The position numbers and the translations under genes were made by a program. A DNA stretch of 64,000 nucleotides. Origin: Myxococcota bacterium (GTDB lineage: Bacteria; Myxococcota_A; UBA9160; UBA4427). Under the pieces are notes generated by a model. The model did not search any database and was not told the origin of the DNA. It saw only the letters and a program-made list of their open reading frames with translations. Positions within the stretch are counted from its first letter, which is position 1. Each line of letters begins with the position of its first letter. Where the stretch lies: positions 3,200,001 through 3,264,000 of the forward strand of contig OZ252299.1 of assembly GCA_965250285.1 (NCBI GenBank), in the 5' to 3' direction. Below, piece after piece: positions 20,254 to 30,953 of this stretch.

Positions 20254-21444
20254 ATGAGCAGGAAGGTCTACGTCGTTGGCGTCGGCATGACGAAGTTCGA
20301 GAAGCCCGGCGGCCGAGATTGGGATTACCCCGACATGGCCCGCGAGGCCGGCACCAAGGCGATCGAAGACGCCGGCATTCAGTTCGACGACATCGAGCAA
20401 GCGGCGGTCGGTTACTGCTACGGCGACAGCACGACCGGTGAGCGCGCCTTCTACGAGCTCGGCCACTCGGGCATCCCGATCTACAACGTGAACAACAACT
20501 GCTCGACGGGCTCGACGGCGCTCTTCATGGCCAAGCAGTTCATCGAGGGTGGGCTGGCCGACTGCGCCATGGCGCTCGGCTTCGAGAAGATGGAAAAGGG
20601 CTCGCTCGGCATCAAGTACACCGACCGAACCAACGCCCTCGACAAGCACTTCACCGTGATGAACGAACAGCGCGGCTTCGCCAAGGCGCCGCCGGCGGCT
20701 CAGATGTTCGGCAACGCCGGCATCGAGCACATGGAGAAGTACGGCACCAAGCCCGAGCACTTCGCGAAGATCGGCTGGAAGAACCACAAGCACTCGGTCA
20801 ACAACCCGTACTCGCAGTTCCAGGACGAGTACAGCCTCGAAGACATCCAGAACGCGCCGCAGGTCTTCGGCCCGCTGACCAAGCTGCAGTGCTGCCCGAC
20901 GAGCGATGGTTCGGGCGCCGCGATCCTCGCGAGCGAAGACTTCATCAAGAAGCACGGCCTCGAGGCCAAGGCGGTCGAGATCCTCGGCATGGCCATGACC
21001 ACCGACTACCCGTCGAGCTACGAGGGGTCGATGATCAAGATGGTCGGTCAGGACATGACCATGAAGGCCGCCCAGAAGGTGTACGAGCAGGCCGGCTACG
21101 GCCCCGAGAACGCCGACGTGGTCGAGCTGCACGACTGCTTCTCGTGCAATGAGCTGGTGACCTACGAGGGTCTCGGCCTCTGCCCGGAGGGCAAGGCCGG
21201 CGAGTTCGTCGACGCCGAAGCCTTCACGTACGGCGGTCAGTGCGTCGTGAACCCGTCGGGCGGCCTGATCTCGAAGGGCCACCCGCTGGGTGCCACCGGT
21301 CTGGCCCAGTGCGCCGAGCTCAACTGGCAGCTGCGCGGCGAAGCCGAGAAGCGCCAGGTCGACGGCGCGAAGATCGCGCTTCAGCACAACCTCGGCCTCG
21401 GTGGCGCCGCCGTGGTCGCGATGTACAAGAAGGCCGAGCTCTAG
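20254..21444 (+). CDS. SCP2-type thiolase (lipid-transfer protein)
   Basis: [63 protein letters not shown]. Confidence 0.94.
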   Translation: MSRKVYVVGVGMTKFEKPGGRDWDYPDMAREAGTKAIEDAGIQFDDIEQAAVGYCYGDSTTGERAFYELGHSGIPIYNVNNNCSTGSTALFMAKQFIEGGLADCAMALGFEKMEKGSLGIKYTDRTNALDKHFTVMNEQRGFAKAPPAAQMFGNAGIEHMEKYGTKPEHFAKIGWKNHKHSVNNPYSQFQDEYSLEDIQNAPQVFGPLTKLQCCPTSDGSGAAILASEDFIKKHGLEAKAVEILGMAMTTDYPSSYEGSMIKMVGQDMTMKAAQKVYEQAGYGPENADVVELHDCFSCNELVTYEGLGLCPEGKAGEFVDAEAFTYGGQCVVNPSGGLISKGHPLGATGLAQCAELNWQLRGEAEKRQVDGAKIALQHNLGLGGAAVVAMYKKAEL

Positions 21445-21468
21445 CGTCGAGCCCAGCCGAGTCGATTC

Positions 21469-21506
21469 GGGCCCCGGTGGCGTCGCCACCGGGGCCCTTG
21501 TCTTTT
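21469..21506 (+). terminator. Intrinsic terminator after the thiolase gene
   Basis: Perfect stem gggccccggtggc/gccaccggggccc followed by ttgtctttt. Confidence 0.8.
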
Positions 21507-21564
21507 CGAACGACACGAAGTGCGGTGGGTGTGCACCACGCCGCCCCCTACCCTCCCGGCACCG

Positions 21565-22944
21565 ATGCCCTCGCCTTCGACCGAGCTCGCGAAGATCCCG
21601 ACGTGGCGAAAGACCGTGTTCGCCCTGGGCGACCACACGGTCAACGTCGCACTGTCTGCGCTCTCGCTCGTCTTCTTCTTCTTCTTGACCACCGTCGTCG
21701 GCCTCGAGCCGTGGCGCGCGGGCGCCCTGGTCGGCGCGGCCCGGTTCATCGACGCCATCAGCGACCCGATGATGGGTCGCATCTCGGATCACACCCGCTC
21801 GCGCTTCGGTCGCCGACGCCCCTGGTTCTTGATTGGCGCCCTGCCCTTCGGCCTGTCGTTCGCGCTGCTCTGGCAGGTACCGTTCAGCGGGCAGACGGCG
21901 ATGATGCTCTACTACCTGGTCGTCTACGTCGCGGTGGCCGTTTCGATGACCGTCGTATCGGTGCCCTACATGGCGCTGATCCCCGAGTGGAGCCGCGACT
22001 TCGACGAGCGCACATCGCTCAACACGGTGCGGTCGGCCTTCGCCGTAATCGGCACGATGGTCGCAGCCGGCATCCTCAAGCTCGCCGACGTACTCGGCGG
22101 CGACGCCGCGGCGTACGGCTGGATCGGCGCGGGGCTCGGCGTCTGGCTCGCGGTGCCGTGGCTCGCCGTCTTTTTCGTGTGCGACGACCCGCCGCGTCCC
22201 CCCGACGACGCACCGCCGACGCCGCTCTTCGAGAGCCTCCGCACGCTCGCCGGTCACGGCAACTACCTGCGGCTCTGCGGCCTCTACATCGCCGCGCGCA
22301 TCTCGGTCGACCTGCTCGGTCTCGCGTTTCCGCTCTACATGGCGATCTGGCTCGGTCGCAAGAGTGAGACGACCTGGGTACTGCTCGTGATGCTCTGCGT
22401 CGTGGTCGTATCGCTGCCGATCTGGCTGCGCGTCTCGCGCGAGACCGAGAAACACAAGGTCTTCATCGCGGGCGCGGCGTGGTTCGCGCTCGTGCTGTTC
22501 GGCGTCGGCTTCGCCCGACCCGATTGGCCTGTCTGGGCCACCTTCGCCCTCGCCGCGCTGCTGGGGGTCGGCTACGCGATCTGCGATCTGATGCCCTGGG
22601 CCATGGTGGGCGAGGTGATCGACGAGGACGAGCTGCGCACGGGCGAGCGCCGCGAGGGGCTGTACAACGGCACGTTCACATTCCTGCGTAAGGTGGGGGG
22701 CGCCGCCGCATCGGGCCTCGCGGGTGTCGCCCTGTCGGCGGCCGGCTACGAAGCCGAACGTGAAGTGACGCCGGCGGCGCGTGAGGTCGTGCGCGGGCTC
22801 ACGTCGGTCATCCCGGCGCTGTTCCTGGTCGGCTCGATCGGCCTCGCGATCGGCTACCCGCTCTCGCGGGCGCGCCACGACGAGATCCTCGCGGCGCTTG
22901 CGGCCCGTGAGCGCGGCGGGGCCCTCGGCGGGGGCACCGACTGA
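21565..22944 (+). CDS. MFS transporter, glycoside-pentoside-hexuronide (MelB-like) family
   Basis: DAISDPMMGRISDHTRSRFGRRRPW, VPYMALIPE..D.DERT.L, D.DELRTGERREG; about 12 TM segments. Confidence 0.9.
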   Translation: MPSPSTELAKIPTWRKTVFALGDHTVNVALSALSLVFFFFLTTVVGLEPWRAGALVGAARFIDAISDPMMGRISDHTRSRFGRRRPWFLIGALPFGLSFALLWQVPFSGQTAMMLYYLVVYVAVAVSMTVVSVPYMALIPEWSRDFDERTSLNTVRSAFAVIGTMVAAGILKLADVLGGDAAAYGWIGAGLGVWLAVPWLAVFFVCDDPPRPPDDAPPTPLFESLRTLAGHGNYLRLCGLYIAARISVDLLGLAFPLYMAIWLGRKSETTWVLLVMLCVVVVSLPIWLRVSRETEKHKVFIAGAAWFALVLFGVGFARPDWPVWATFALAALLGVGYAICDLMPWAMVGEVIDEDELRTGERREGLYNGTFTFLRKVGGAAASGLAGVALSAAGYEAEREVTPAAREVVRGLTSVIPALFLVGSIGLAIGYPLSRARHDEILAALAARERGGALGGGTD

Positions 22945-23039
22945 GCCGCCATCGGCGCGTGGGTCCATCCTCACACTTCGGCGTCGGTCCCGGTCGAGCG
23001 CGCTTCCGATTCAGGGTGCGCGGGTGATAGACTCAGCCG

Positions 23040-25433
23040 ATGCCGTCGCAGGGCCCCACGACGCACACACCGCCGGCCCCCGCCTGGCCCACCGTGGCCG
23101 ACGACGCGCCGGTCCTCTTTCTACTCGACGCTTCGAGTGCGCTCGAGCGGCGGCGGCTGGTGCAGTGGATCGAAGAGACGCGGCCCGCCGGCCGCGCCCC
23201 CGAGCACGACAGCTGGACCCAGATCCCGCCGAGCCGACGCCGGCGCGCGTCGACCCACCCGCCGGCCGAGCTCGAAGCGGCACTTGCGACGCAGGACGAC
23301 CCGCTGCTCGTGCCGCTGCGCATCGCGTGGCTGCCGGGCCTCAAGGACGGCGAGCGCCAGGTGCGCCTCACCGACGTATTGAGCTTCGGCGACCCGCGCG
23401 ATCCCGGGCCCCTGCGACAGCGCTGGGTCGCGATGCGCTTCAAGGATCGCGTGCGCGTCGTGCAGGGCGAGCCCGCCCATGCACGCGAGCTGCGCGAACG
23501 CTGGGCCGACGCCTGCCGCACCGACACCGGCGCGACCACCGGCCTGGCCGAGTTCGTGAGCGCCCAGGCCCAGCTCGCGCTCGAGCGCTCGGAGCGGCGA
23601 CTGCGCGGCAATCGCTACAAGGTGCCGCGCCTCGTCGGCGAGCAGATTCTGTCGAGCCCGGCCTTTCGCGGCGGGCTCTCGCGCATCGCGCAGCAGACCG
23701 GACGCAGCGAAGCCGACGTCTCACGCGAAGCAGGCCGGATCCTCAAGGAGATCAAGGCGACCCACAGCCCCTTCGTGATCGACATCGCGTCGCACCTCAT
23801 CAAGTGGATGTACACGCAAGGCTACGCCGAGAGCCTCGAGTACGACCGCGAGCAGCTGGCCGGCATTGCCTCGCTCGCCCAACGCAACCCGGTCGTCTTT
23901 CTGCCGACGCACAAGTCGAACCTCGACCATCTGGTGCTGCAGTTCATGCTGCACGAGAACGGGCTGCCGCCGAATCACACGGCGGGCGGCATCAACATGA
24001 ACTTCTTCCCAGTGGGTCCGATCGTGCGGCGCAGCGGTGTGTTCTTCATCCGCCGTACGTTCAAGGACAACGAGCTCTACAAACACGTGCTCGGCAGCTA
24101 CATCGACTACCTGGTCGAGAAGCGCTTCTCGCTCGAGTGGTACATCGAGGGGGGCCGTTCTCGCTCGGGCAAGCTGCTGCCGCCGCGCTTCGGCCTGCTC
24201 GCCTACGTCGTCGACGCCTATCGCCGCGGCAAGTCGGACGACGTGCACCTGATCCCGATCTCGGTGGCCTACGACCAGATCCAGGATCTCGGCAGCTACG
24301 TGAACGAGCAGCTCGGCAAGCAGAAAGAGAAGGAGAGCCTCGGCTGGTTCATCGGTGTGATCCGCGGCCTGCGCAAGCGCTACGGCAAGGTACACATCCG
24401 CTTCGGCGAGCCGATGAGCCTGCGCGCCGCCCTCGGGCCGCCCGATCCGTCGAGCCTGCCCGACCCCGACGAGCGCAACGTCGAGCTCCAGAAGCTCGCC
24501 TTCGAGGTCTCGGTGCGAATCAACCGCGCCACGCCGATCACACCCACGGCGATGCTGACGATGGTGCTGCTCGGCGCAGGCGACCGCGCGAGCACGCTCG
24601 AAGAGATCCGCGTGCGCATGCGCAACTCGCTCACCTACGCCGAGGAGCGCAAGCTGCCCGTCAGCGCCGACTTCCACGACCTCGAGACCGACGCGGGCGT
24701 GCTGCGGACCCTCGACGAGCTGATCGAGAACGACGTCGTGAGCCGCTACGACGGCGGGCCCGACGCCGTGTACCGAATCGGCCCCGATCAGCAGCTCGCG
24801 GCCGCGTACTATCGCAACACGATCGTTCACTACTTCGTGAACGAGGCCATCGTCGAGCTCGCTGTGCTGCGCGCGGCCGAGATGGAGACCGACGACCCCG
24901 TCGAGTCGTTCTGGGACGAAGCGTTCCGACTGCGCGATCTGCTCAAGTTCGAGTTCTTCTTTGCGGAGAAGGACATCTTCCGCGCCGAGCTGCGCGCCGA
25001 GATCGAGCGCATCTCGCGCACGTGGGAGGACGACCTGCGCGAGGGCAACGCAAGGCAGCTCACGGTTCAGCTGCGCCCCTACATGGCGCACCGCGCCCTG
25101 CGTCCCTTCCTCGAGGCGTACCAGGTGGTCGCAGACCGCCTGCAGATCTGCGACCCCGACAAGCCCTTCAACGAACCGATCTTCGTGCCCGGCTGCCTGG
25201 GCCTCGGATCACAGTATCTGCTGCAGGGTCACATCCACAGCGCGTCGTCGATCTCGAAGGCGCTCTTCGAGACGGCCCTCAAGCTCGCGCGCAACCGCGG
25301 CCTGCTCGAGGGCAGCGGCGAAGAGCTGGCAGCGCGCCGCCACGCGTTCAGCGAGGAGATCCACGACGTGCTGCGGCGGGTCGACGCCATCGAGGCGCTC
25401 GCTGCGAGCCGGCGAGCCGGGTTGATCGCCTAG
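23040..25433 (+). CDS. plsB: Glycerol-3-phosphate 1-O-acyltransferase
   Basis: LPTHKSNLD (HX4D), GGINMNF, FFIRRTF, YIEGGRSRSGKL, PISVAYD, LRDLLKFEFFF. Confidence 0.9.
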   Translation: MPSQGPTTHTPPAPAWPTVADDAPVLFLLDASSALERRRLVQWIEETRPAGRAPEHDSWTQIPPSRRRRASTHPPAELEAALATQDDPLLVPLRIAWLPGLKDGERQVRLTDVLSFGDPRDPGPLRQRWVAMRFKDRVRVVQGEPAHARELRERWADACRTDTGATTGLAEFVSAQAQLALERSERRLRGNRYKVPRLVGEQILSSPAFRGGLSRIAQQTGRSEADVSREAGRILKEIKATHSPFVIDIASHLIKWMYTQGYAESLEYDREQLAGIASLAQRNPVVFLPTHKSNLDHLVLQFMLHENGLPPNHTAGGINMNFFPVGPIVRRSGVFFIRRTFKDNELYKHVLGSYIDYLVEKRFSLEWYIEGGRSRSGKLLPPRFGLLAYVVDAYRRGKSDDVHLIPISVAYDQIQDLGSYVNEQLGKQKEKESLGWFIGVIRGLRKRYGKVHIRFGEPMSLRAALGPPDPSSLPDPDERNVELQKLAFEVSVRINRATPITPTAMLTMVLLGAGDRASTLEEIRVRMRNSLTYAEERKLPVSADFHDLETDAGVLRTLDELIENDVVSRYDGGPDAVYRIGPDQQLAAAYYRNTIVHYFVNEAIVELAVLRAAEMETDDPVESFWDEAFRLRDLLKFEFFFAEKDIFRAELRAEIERISRTWEDDLREGNARQLTVQLRPYMAHRALRPFLEAYQVVADRLQICDPDKPFNEPIFVPGCLGLGSQYLLQGHIHSASSISKALFETALKLARNRGLLEGSGEELAARRHAFSEEIHDVLRRVDAIEALAASRRAGLIA

Positions 25434-25672
25434 TCGACGGCGCACGGGCGCGGCGCCGGTTGCCCCGCCGTCGGCGCTCGGGTGACGTCGGCCCCCGGCT
25501 AACCAGAAGCGAGCCGATCTCGTATCCTTCGCCCCGGGATGGGGGGCCCGCGGCGCGCCCTCGTCTTCACGCACGCCCGGCTTGCGCGCGCCGCGCCAAC
25601 GAGGAGACCCGCGATGACGACGGCCTCACCGAGGCCTCGGGCGCAGCATCTGCGTCGCGCGGGGCCCGTATC

Positions 25673-26338
25673 ATGCTGCGTCTGATGCTCGTCCTCGTCG
25701 TCCTCGTCCCGCTCGGCACCGTCGCCGTGCTGCTCGGCGCCTACGTCGCCATCGCGCGCGCCACGGACGGCCTCGTATTCACCGAGGTCGAGCGGCTCCC
25801 CGACCGACAGTTCGGCCTCGTGCTCGGCACGACCCCGCGGTTGCGCGACGGCAACGCCAACGCCTACTTCGACTACCGGATGGACGCCGCGGCCGAGCTC
25901 TGGCGCACCGGCAAGGTCGAGCAGCTCATCCTCTCGGGCGACAACACCGACCGGCGCTACGACGAACCGAGATACATGCGCGACGCCCTGCTCGCGCGCG
26001 GCGTCGCCGAAGACGCGCTGATCCTCGACGGCGCGGGCGTGCGCACGTTCGACTCGGTGCTGCGCGCGCGCGTCACGTACGAGGTCGAACAGCCGATCGT
26101 CATCTCGCAGGAGTTCCACAATCGCCGCGCGCTCTTCATTGCACGGCACTACGGCATCGACGCGATCGGCTTCAATGCCCGCGACGTGGCCCCCGACCAG
26201 GGCCTGCGCACGAAGACCCGCGAAGCCTTCGCGCGGGTGAAGACGCTGCTCGACCTCTGGGTGCTCGGCACCCGGCCCGCCGACCTCGCCGAGAGCCGCT
26301 CGCGCCAGAAGGCGGCCGAGGAGGAGCGCGCCTCTTGA
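25673..26338 (+). CDS. SanA/YdcF (DUF218) family protein
   Basis: N-terminal TM; GLVLGT, NAYFDYRMDAA, LILSGDN..YDEP..M, G.RTFDSV.RA, SQEFHNRRA, REAFARVK. Confidence 0.9.
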   Translation: MLRLMLVLVVLVPLGTVAVLLGAYVAIARATDGLVFTEVERLPDRQFGLVLGTTPRLRDGNANAYFDYRMDAAAELWRTGKVEQLILSGDNTDRRYDEPRYMRDALLARGVAEDALILDGAGVRTFDSVLRARVTYEVEQPIVISQEFHNRRALFIARHYGIDAIGFNARDVAPDQGLRTKTREAFARVKTLLDLWVLGTRPADLAESRSRQKAAEEERAS

Positions 26339-28998
26339 GTTCCCCTGGAGCCGGCGCCGACGCCTCTGCGGCCGGCGCGGCCCCGTCGGCCGCGGCGATT
26401 CGGCGCGCGCGACGTTTTCGACTGACGCCCGACGTCCGCCCGAACGACGTCGATATCCACCTCGAGATCGACCCGAACCGCCCCACCTTCAGGGGACACG
26501 TCGCCATGGGCCTCGTGCTCGAGCGCGGCAGCCGCACGCTCACGCTGCACGCCGCCGAGCTCGAGCCGAGCCGGGCAAGGGCGCTGATCGGCGAGCGCGC
26601 CGCCGATGCCGAGATCGAGATCGATCCCTTGCGAGAGGTCATGCGACTGCGATTCGCGCGCCCCCTGCCTCGCGGCCCCGTGCGGGTCGAGATCGAGTTC
26701 GAGGGCCGCGTGCGCGACGATCTCGAAGGGCTCTACCGGGTCGAATGTGGCGGGCAGCGCTTCGCGTTCTCGCAGCTCTGCACCACGCGCGCGCGCAACT
26801 TGTTCCCGTGCTTCGACGAGCCCGGTTTCAAGGCGCGCTACGCGCTCACGGTCGCGACCCCCGCGCCGAACGACGTCGTATCGAACATGCCGGTGGCGTC
26901 GATGCGAGTCGATACAGCGGGGCACCGCACGTTCGAGTTCGAGCGCACGCCGCTGCTCTCGACCTACCTGCTGACCGTCGCGGTGGGCGAGCTCGAGCGC
27001 TCGCCCGTCGCCACGGCGGGCGAGACGCCCATCACGGTCATCACCACCCCTGGCAAGACGGCGCTGACCGATATCGCCCTCGACGTCGCGCAGCGCGCAT
27101 TGCCGGTGCTCGAGGCCTGGTTCGGCATCCCCTACCCCTACCCGAAGCTCGACCTCGTCGCCGTGCCCGACTTCTCGTTCGGCGCGATGGAGAACGCGGG
27201 CGCGGTGTTCTTTCGCGAGACGCTCCTGCTGGCCGATCCGGCAACCACGAGCTTCGACGAGCGGAAACGACTCACCGAGACCATCTGCCACGAGCTCGCC
27301 CACATGTGGTTCGGCAACCTGGTGACGATGGCCTGGTGGGACGATCTGTGGCTCAACGAGTCGTTCGCCACCTGGATGGCGTTCCACGTCGTCGACCAGA
27401 TCTGGCCCGAGTGGTCGACCTGGCAGACGTTCCAGCACCGGAAGGACGCGGCGCTCGACCTCGACGCGCTAGCGCACACCCACCCCGTCTACGTGCCCGT
27501 CGCGAGCGCCGAGGAGGCGAACGAGAACTTCGATCTGATCACCTACGAGAAGGGCGCGTCGGTGATCCGCATGCTGGCCGGCTATCTCGGCGCCGAGGCG
27601 TTTCGCGACGGCGTACGGCGCTACCTGGAAGCGAACCTCGAGGACAACGCCGTGGCCGCCGACCTGTGGTCGGCGCTCGAAACGGTCTCCGACGTCCCGG
27701 TCGCGCGCATCATGCGCGCATGGGTCGAGCGGGCCGGCCACCCCCGCGTGCGCATCGAGCGAAGCGACGCGGCGGGCGAGCCGGTGTTTCGGCTCAGCCA
27801 GACGCTGCACCAGACGGTGCCGGCGCGCCGCGCCCGGGCGACCGAGCAGCGCAGCGCCGACGAGACGCCGTGGCCCGTGCCCGTCATCGCGCGCATCGGC
27901 GACGCGCAGGGCGACGCGGTGCGCACCGAACGCCTCCTGCTCGAACCGCGCGACGCCACGCTGAGCGCGCAGAACGCAGGCTGGATCCACGGCAATGCCG
28001 GCGAGGCGGGCTTCTACCGCCCCTGGCTCGACGAGGCGCAGGAGGCGGCGCTGCGCAGCGCGACGGATCGGCTCGAGCCCGTCGAGCGCCAGGGCTTGGT
28101 CGGCCACACCTGGGCGCTCGTGCAGGCGACCGTCACCCCGGTGGCGTCGCTCCTCGCGCTCATCGAAGCGCTCGGCGACGAGCGTGATCCCGACGTGCTG
28201 AAGGCGATCGTCACCCCGGTCACGCTCCTTTCGCGCGGCCTGGTCCACGACCTGTCCCCCGACACCGCGCCAGCGTTTCGGGGCTGGGTCGAGGCGACCT
28301 TCTCGGGGGCGCTCGACGCGGTGGGCTTCGCGGACGCCGCGGCCCGCGCTCCCGTGCACGATTCGAGACGACGCGCCCGCGCCGAGCTGCTCGCGTTGGT
28401 CGGCGGTGTGGCCGAGCGCACATCCGTCGTCGAGGCCGCACCGGGCTGGGCCGCACGCGTGCTCGACGGCGACGCATCGGTCGACGCCGAGCTCACGGTG
28501 CCCTGGCTCTCGATCGCCGCCGCTCATGGCGACGCCGCGCTCTACGATCGATGCGTCGCGGCGCTCCAACATGTCCACACGCCCCAGGGCCGGCAGCGCG
28601 CGCTCTTCGCACTCACCGAGTTCACGCGGCCCGAGCTGATCGCAGAGACCCTCGACCGCTGCGCAACGGGTCGGGTATCGAGTCAGGATCTCGTCTTCGT
28701 GCTCGGCCGTTTGCTCGCGCACCCGAAGGCCCAGGCCGAGACCTGGTCGTTCATTCGTGCGCGCTGGGCCGAGATCGCCGCCCATCTGCCGGGCATGCAC
28801 GTGCCCCGCTTGATCGCGGCGACGCCGGCGCTGCGATCGAGCGCGCATCGCCGCGAGGTCAGTCGCTTCTTCAAGTCGCTCGACCTGCCGTCGACCCGAC
28901 GCGCGATCGATCAGGCGACCGAGCGATTCGAGGCCCAGGCGCGCCTGCGCGCCCATGCGGGGGCCGATCTCGAACGCTGGCTGGCCGCCCGAAGCTGA
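26335..28998 (+). CDS. M1 family aminopeptidase (PepN/ERAP1-like)
   Basis: FPCFDEP, GAMEN, HELAHMWFGNLVTMAWWDDLWLNE (HEXXH..E), ITYEKG. Confidence 0.95.
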   Translation: MSSPGAGADASAAGAAPSAAAIRRARRFRLTPDVRPNDVDIHLEIDPNRPTFRGHVAMGLVLERGSRTLTLHAAELEPSRARALIGERAADAEIEIDPLREVMRLRFARPLPRGPVRVEIEFEGRVRDDLEGLYRVECGGQRFAFSQLCTTRARNLFPCFDEPGFKARYALTVATPAPNDVVSNMPVASMRVDTAGHRTFEFERTPLLSTYLLTVAVGELERSPVATAGETPITVITTPGKTALTDIALDVAQRALPVLEAWFGIPYPYPKLDLVAVPDFSFGAMENAGAVFFRETLLLADPATTSFDERKRLTETICHELAHMWFGNLVTMAWWDDLWLNESFATWMAFHVVDQIWPEWSTWQTFQHRKDAALDLDALAHTHPVYVPVASAEEANENFDLITYEKGASVIRMLAGYLGAEAFRDGVRRYLEANLEDNAVAADLWSALETVSDVPVARIMRAWVERAGHPRVRIERSDAAGEPVFRLSQTLHQTVPARRARATEQRSADETPWPVPVIARIGDAQGDAVRTERLLLEPRDATLSAQNAGWIHGNAGEAGFYRPWLDEAQEAALRSATDRLEPVERQGLVGHTWALVQATVTPVASLLALIEALGDERDPDVLKAIVTPVTLLSRGLVHDLSPDTAPAFRGWVEATFSGALDAVGFADAAARAPVHDSRRRARAELLALVGGVAERTSVVEAAPGWAARVLDGDASVDAELTVPWLSIAAAHGDAALYDRCVAALQHVHTPQGRQRALFALTEFTRPELIAETLDRCATGRVSSQDLVFVLGRLLAHPKAQAETWSFIRARWAEIAAHLPGMHVPRLIAATPALRSSAHRREVSRFFKSLDLPSTRRAIDQATERFEAQARLRAHAGADLERWLAARS

Positions 28999-29061
28999 CA
29001 CAAACCCCTGATTTCAATGCGCAAATGGAATCTTCTTTTTTTGTGATCAGCGTTTATTTTT

Positions 29062-29080
29062 TGCTGTTAGACTAACTGCA
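29062..29080 (+). promoter_or_regulatory. Extended -10 promoter overlapped by a palindrome (putative TetR operator)
   Basis: TGtTAGACT 6 nt before ATG 29080, inside the palindrome TGC-T-GTTAG-A-CTAAC-T-GCA; AT-rich intergenic region. Confidence 0.6.
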
Positions 29081-29733
29081 TGGGACGCCCCGCCCTCCAG
29101 CCCGACGAGATTCACGCCTTCCGCGAGCGGCTGTGCGACGCCGCGCTCCATCTCTTTGCCGAGCATGGCTACGACGGGTTCACCCTGCGCGCGCTCGGCG
29201 ACGCGCTCGGCTGCAGTCCGGCCACGCCGTATCGCTACTTCGAGAACAAGGCCGAGATCTACGCGGCCGTCTGTGAGCGCGCGTTCGAAGCGCTGTGCCG
29301 CTTCCAGGAGGAGGCTGGGCGAGACGTGCCCGACGTCTGGGAGGGCATTCGCCGACAGGGCCGCAGCTATGTCGCCTTCACGCGCCAGAACCCCCACGCC
29401 TATCGCGTGATGTTCGACCTGCGCGACGTCGGCGAGACCCGCGCGTTGATCGGCGCGGACGGCGTCGGCTCGCAGGTGCGTCGTTCGTGGGAGCTGCTCT
29501 TCGAAGCGTTCGATCGCGCGCACCAGACCGGCGAACTCGACGGCGACCCGCAGCACCTCGCCCTCTCGTTCTGGGCCTCGATCCATGGCGTGATGTCGCT
29601 CGAGCTCGGCGGCCGCATCATCATGGGCGCGAGCGGCGACGACCTGGTCGCCGAGATCTTCGATCGCTTCGAGCGGGCCTACGGGCCCGGCGGCCGAAGC
29701 CACCCCCCTTTCCTGACCGGAGACCCGTCATGA
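29080..29733 (+). CDS. TetR/AcrR family regulator (WHG-type C-domain)
   Basis: AALHLFAEHGYDGFTLRALGDALGCSPATPYRYFENK; FWASIHG. Confidence 0.92.
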   Translation: MGRPALQPDEIHAFRERLCDAALHLFAEHGYDGFTLRALGDALGCSPATPYRYFENKAEIYAAVCERAFEALCRFQEEAGRDVPDVWEGIRRQGRSYVAFTRQNPHAYRVMFDLRDVGETRALIGADGVGSQVRRSWELLFEAFDRAHQTGELDGDPQHLALSFWASIHGVMSLELGGRIIMGASGDDLVAEIFDRFERAYGPGGRSHPPFLTGDPS

Positions 29734-30896
29734 AGCACGACGAGCAGGTCCGACTTCTCAAGCACCTGATCCATCAGCTCGATACGGGCACGAATCTCGA
29801 TGCCGGTCACGTCGTCAAGAACCCCGCGAGCGCGTACACGTGCCCCGAACGGGCGAAGAAGGAGCGCCAGCTCTTCTTCGACGAGCAGCCGCGCATGATC
29901 GGCATGAGCGGCGACCTGCCCGAGAACGGCTCGTTCCTGACCCACGACGAGCTGGGCCTCTCGGTGCTGGCGACGCGCGACCGCGACGGGCGCTTTCGGG
30001 CTTTCCTCAACGGCTGCCGCCACCGCGGCGTGGCGATCGAGTCGGAAGAGCGCGGCAAGCGCACGCGCTTCATGTGCCCGTTCCACGCCTGGACCTACTC
30101 GAGCGAAGGCGAACTCGTGAAAGTGCCGCGACCCGAGCACTTCGGCGAGATCGACAAGAGCTGCCACGGGCTCGTCGAGCTGCCGGCCGTCGAGCGCTAC
30201 GGCGTGCTGCTCATTCACCCGAACCCGTCTGCCACGATCGATGCCGAGAAGACACTCGAGGGCCTCGGCGCCGACTTCGACAGCTGGGGCTTCGACGAGT
30301 ACGCCTACGTCGGATCCGACGCCTACGACATGCCGCTCAACTGGAAGCTCGCCGTCGACACGTTCGGCGAGACGTACCACTTCAACGCGCTCCACAAGGA
30401 CACGCTCAACCTGAGCTTCCACGGCAACGTGCAGGGTTGGGATCACTGGGAACGAAACCACCGCATGGTGCTCTGCACGCGCATGATCGACGTGATGCGT
30501 CACCAGCCCGAGAGCGAGTGGAACATCCGCGGCCCGGCGTTCCCCGTCTACTGGATGTTCCCGAACGTGCTCTTCAACATCGGCGAGCGCGTGGTCATCG
30601 TCGTGCGCGTGCTGCCGCACGAGAGCGAAGTCGGGCGCTCGACGTCGAAGCTGTCGTTCTATGCGAGCCCCAGCGTCTTCGACGAGATCAGCGGCGACGA
30701 GCTGAGCTTGCAGATCAAGCAGACCTTCTCAGACATCATCCGCGACGAGGACTACGCCGCGGCCTCGCTCTCGCAGCGCAGCGCCGAGTCGGGTCTGATC
30801 GACCACTTCGTCTTCGGCCGCAACGAGCCCACGCTCCACCACTACCACTCGACGTACAACCGCCTGCTCGGCCTGCCGCCGCTCGAGAAGATGTAG
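29730..30896 (+). CDS. Rieske aromatic ring-hydroxylating oxygenase alpha subunit
   Basis: CRHRG...CPFHAW Rieske motif; NWKLAVDTFGETYHFNALH; ED motif; ATG overlaps the tetR stop codon. Confidence 0.92.
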   Translation: MKHDEQVRLLKHLIHQLDTGTNLDAGHVVKNPASAYTCPERAKKERQLFFDEQPRMIGMSGDLPENGSFLTHDELGLSVLATRDRDGRFRAFLNGCRHRGVAIESEERGKRTRFMCPFHAWTYSSEGELVKVPRPEHFGEIDKSCHGLVELPAVERYGVLLIHPNPSATIDAEKTLEGLGADFDSWGFDEYAYVGSDAYDMPLNWKLAVDTFGETYHFNALHKDTLNLSFHGNVQGWDHWERNHRMVLCTRMIDVMRHQPESEWNIRGPAFPVYWMFPNVLFNIGERVVIVVRVLPHESEVGRSTSKLSFYASPSVFDEISGDELSLQIKQTFSDIIRDEDYAAASLSQRSAESGLIDHFVFGRNEPTLHHYHSTYNRLLGLPPLEKM

Positions 30897-30953
30897 GCCC
30901 GCGAGCGACCCGATCGTGGTCTAGTCTCCTCGAAACGACGAGGAGACCCCGCC

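Noticed and set aside
20179..22974. 931-aa minus-strand ORF and many other long antisense or alternative-frame ORFs
   Set aside because: Shadow frames of real genes, expected at this GC content; Arg/Ala/Gly-rich with no motifs.
22781..26338. 1185-aa ORF (likewise 35868-39431, 3751-5676, 38957-40708) as a giant fusion protein
   Set aside because: Only the 3' part is a real gene; the 5' part is an off-frame overlap with the upstream gene.
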